This document shows positions 14,860 through 15,515 of a stretch of 15,515 nt of DNA, piece by piece. Origin of the DNA: a virus (taxonomy: Duplodnaviria; Heunggongvirae; Uroviricota; Caudoviricetes); the IMG/VR virus record IMGVR_UViG_3300021387_001477. One strand, 5' to 3'. The position numbers and the translations under genes were made by a program. The notes below the pieces were generated by a model that ran no database searches, was not told where the DNA came from, and saw nothing but the letters and a program-made list of their open reading frames with translations. The number at the start of each line of letters is the position of its first letter. The stretch's first letter is position 1.

Positions 14860-15115
14860 CTTGATTATAAATCTCGCAATATACCCAACTTCCCTCACTA
14901 TTGATTTCCTCCACTCTATATATAAGTGGGGTTTCTTCTTGGCTAAGATCTTTTGGGCACAGTTCTTTCATCTTTTCTACAGCCTCACTAAGAGAACCGA
15001 GAATACAAGCATTAGTTTCGTCTGTATCTACGGTTCCCTCTTTAGTGAGATATCTAGTTCTTTCATTCTTATCCTCTATGACAAGAATAAAGTCTCCGCA
15101 TTTTAAAGATTGCAT
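14822..15115 (-). CDS. Hypothetical protein, 97 aa
   Basis: Overlaps the upstream stop by 13 nt; no motif recognised. Confidence 0.7.
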   Translation of the reverse strand: MQSLKCGDFILVIEDKNERTRYLTKEGTVDTDETNACILGSLSEAVEKMKELCPKDLSQEETPLIYRVEEINSEGSWVYCEIYNQDGTKKKILLPSE

Positions 15116-15515
15116 ATGATTTCTTCAGTATATTTTACGGGATCAAATGCTTTAAGTTCTTTGAGTTTATTCTTTAGTGTTTTTACTCTTTCAGCGGTAT
15201 CTTTATTTGCTCTTAGATATGAAATCGGTTTTCCCATAACTACTTCAATTACATCTTTCGAAATACCTAAAGCCTTCTGAATTTCTTCGTCCGTTGCTTT
15301 AGGGTTTTTATTTAAGATATAATCCGCCACATAAGGAATAGCCTCTTGAACTTTAATATCGAACTTACATTTTTCAATTCTCTTTTTATTGACCTCTGTA
15401 ACAAGATTCACATAATTAGTGTATGTATAGTGAATCCAATCCCTAAGACCAATTCTAAATGTAGTCTGTCCGTTCGTCACATTTAACTGATAGGTAGTGG
15501 CATCATAACAACACT
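15103..15515 (-). CDS. 3' end of probable type IIA topoisomerase subunit A (GyrA/ParC/gp52-like), 5'-truncated by the window edge
   Basis: Frame stays open to the edge (CCYDATTYQLNVTNG...); YQLNVTNGQTTFRIGLRDWI and LGISKDVIEVVMGKPISYL resemble the end of the breakage-reunion domain. Confidence 0.5.
   Translation of the reverse strand, partial: CCYDATTYQLNVTNGQTTFRIGLRDWIHYTYTNYVNLVTEVNKKRIEKCKFDIKVQEAIPYVADYILNKNPKATDEEIQKALGISKDVIEVVMGKPISYLRANKDTAERVKTLKNKLKELKAFDPVKYTEEIICNL

Noticed and set aside
14154-15119. Plus-strand ORFs 14154-14627, 14861-15106 and 14901-15119
   Set aside because: Antisense shadows; the terminator at 14076 and the minus-strand gene overlaps support the other strand
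1-15515. Stop-codon reassignment (code 15 or code 4), as seen in some gut phages
   Set aside because: Known enzymes are uninterrupted in code 11, and TAG, TGA and TAA all end genes at terminators or overlaps
1-15515. CRISPR array, DGR repeats or integrase/IS elements
   Set aside because: No regularly spaced repeats, TR/VR pair, reverse transcriptase or transposase motifs were seen by eye

Overview
AT-rich, densely coding segment of a large dsDNA bacteriophage genome, read in the standard genetic code. The host is most likely Bacteroidota (Bacteroidales), inferred from a Bacteroides/Prevotella-like malate dehydrogenase, Bacteroidales-phage protein families and SD-less ATTATG starts. Recognisable products are an RtcB RNA ligase, an ATP-dependent Rnl2-like RNA ligase, a Pth2 peptidyl-tRNA hydrolase, an LDH-like malate dehydrogenase, a class I SAM methyltransferase, a DUF559/Vsr-like endonuclease, a holin-like protein, a possible PHPT1/Janus-Ocnus-like protein and, at the right edge, probably the 3' end of a type IIA topoisomerase A subunit. 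The strongest non-coding signal is a 10-nt motif (CTTATWWATG and close variants) at the head of every transcription unit that starts in the window. It has 11 copies, often lies 1-3 nt before an ATG, and forms three back-to-back divergent pairs. One copy precedes a 13-bp-stem structured RNA upstream of the holin-like gene. Using the motif and stop/start overlaps I found five small ORFs missing from the ORF track. No tRNA, rRNA or CRISPR array was seen. Family assignments come from motif recognition by eye, not database searches.
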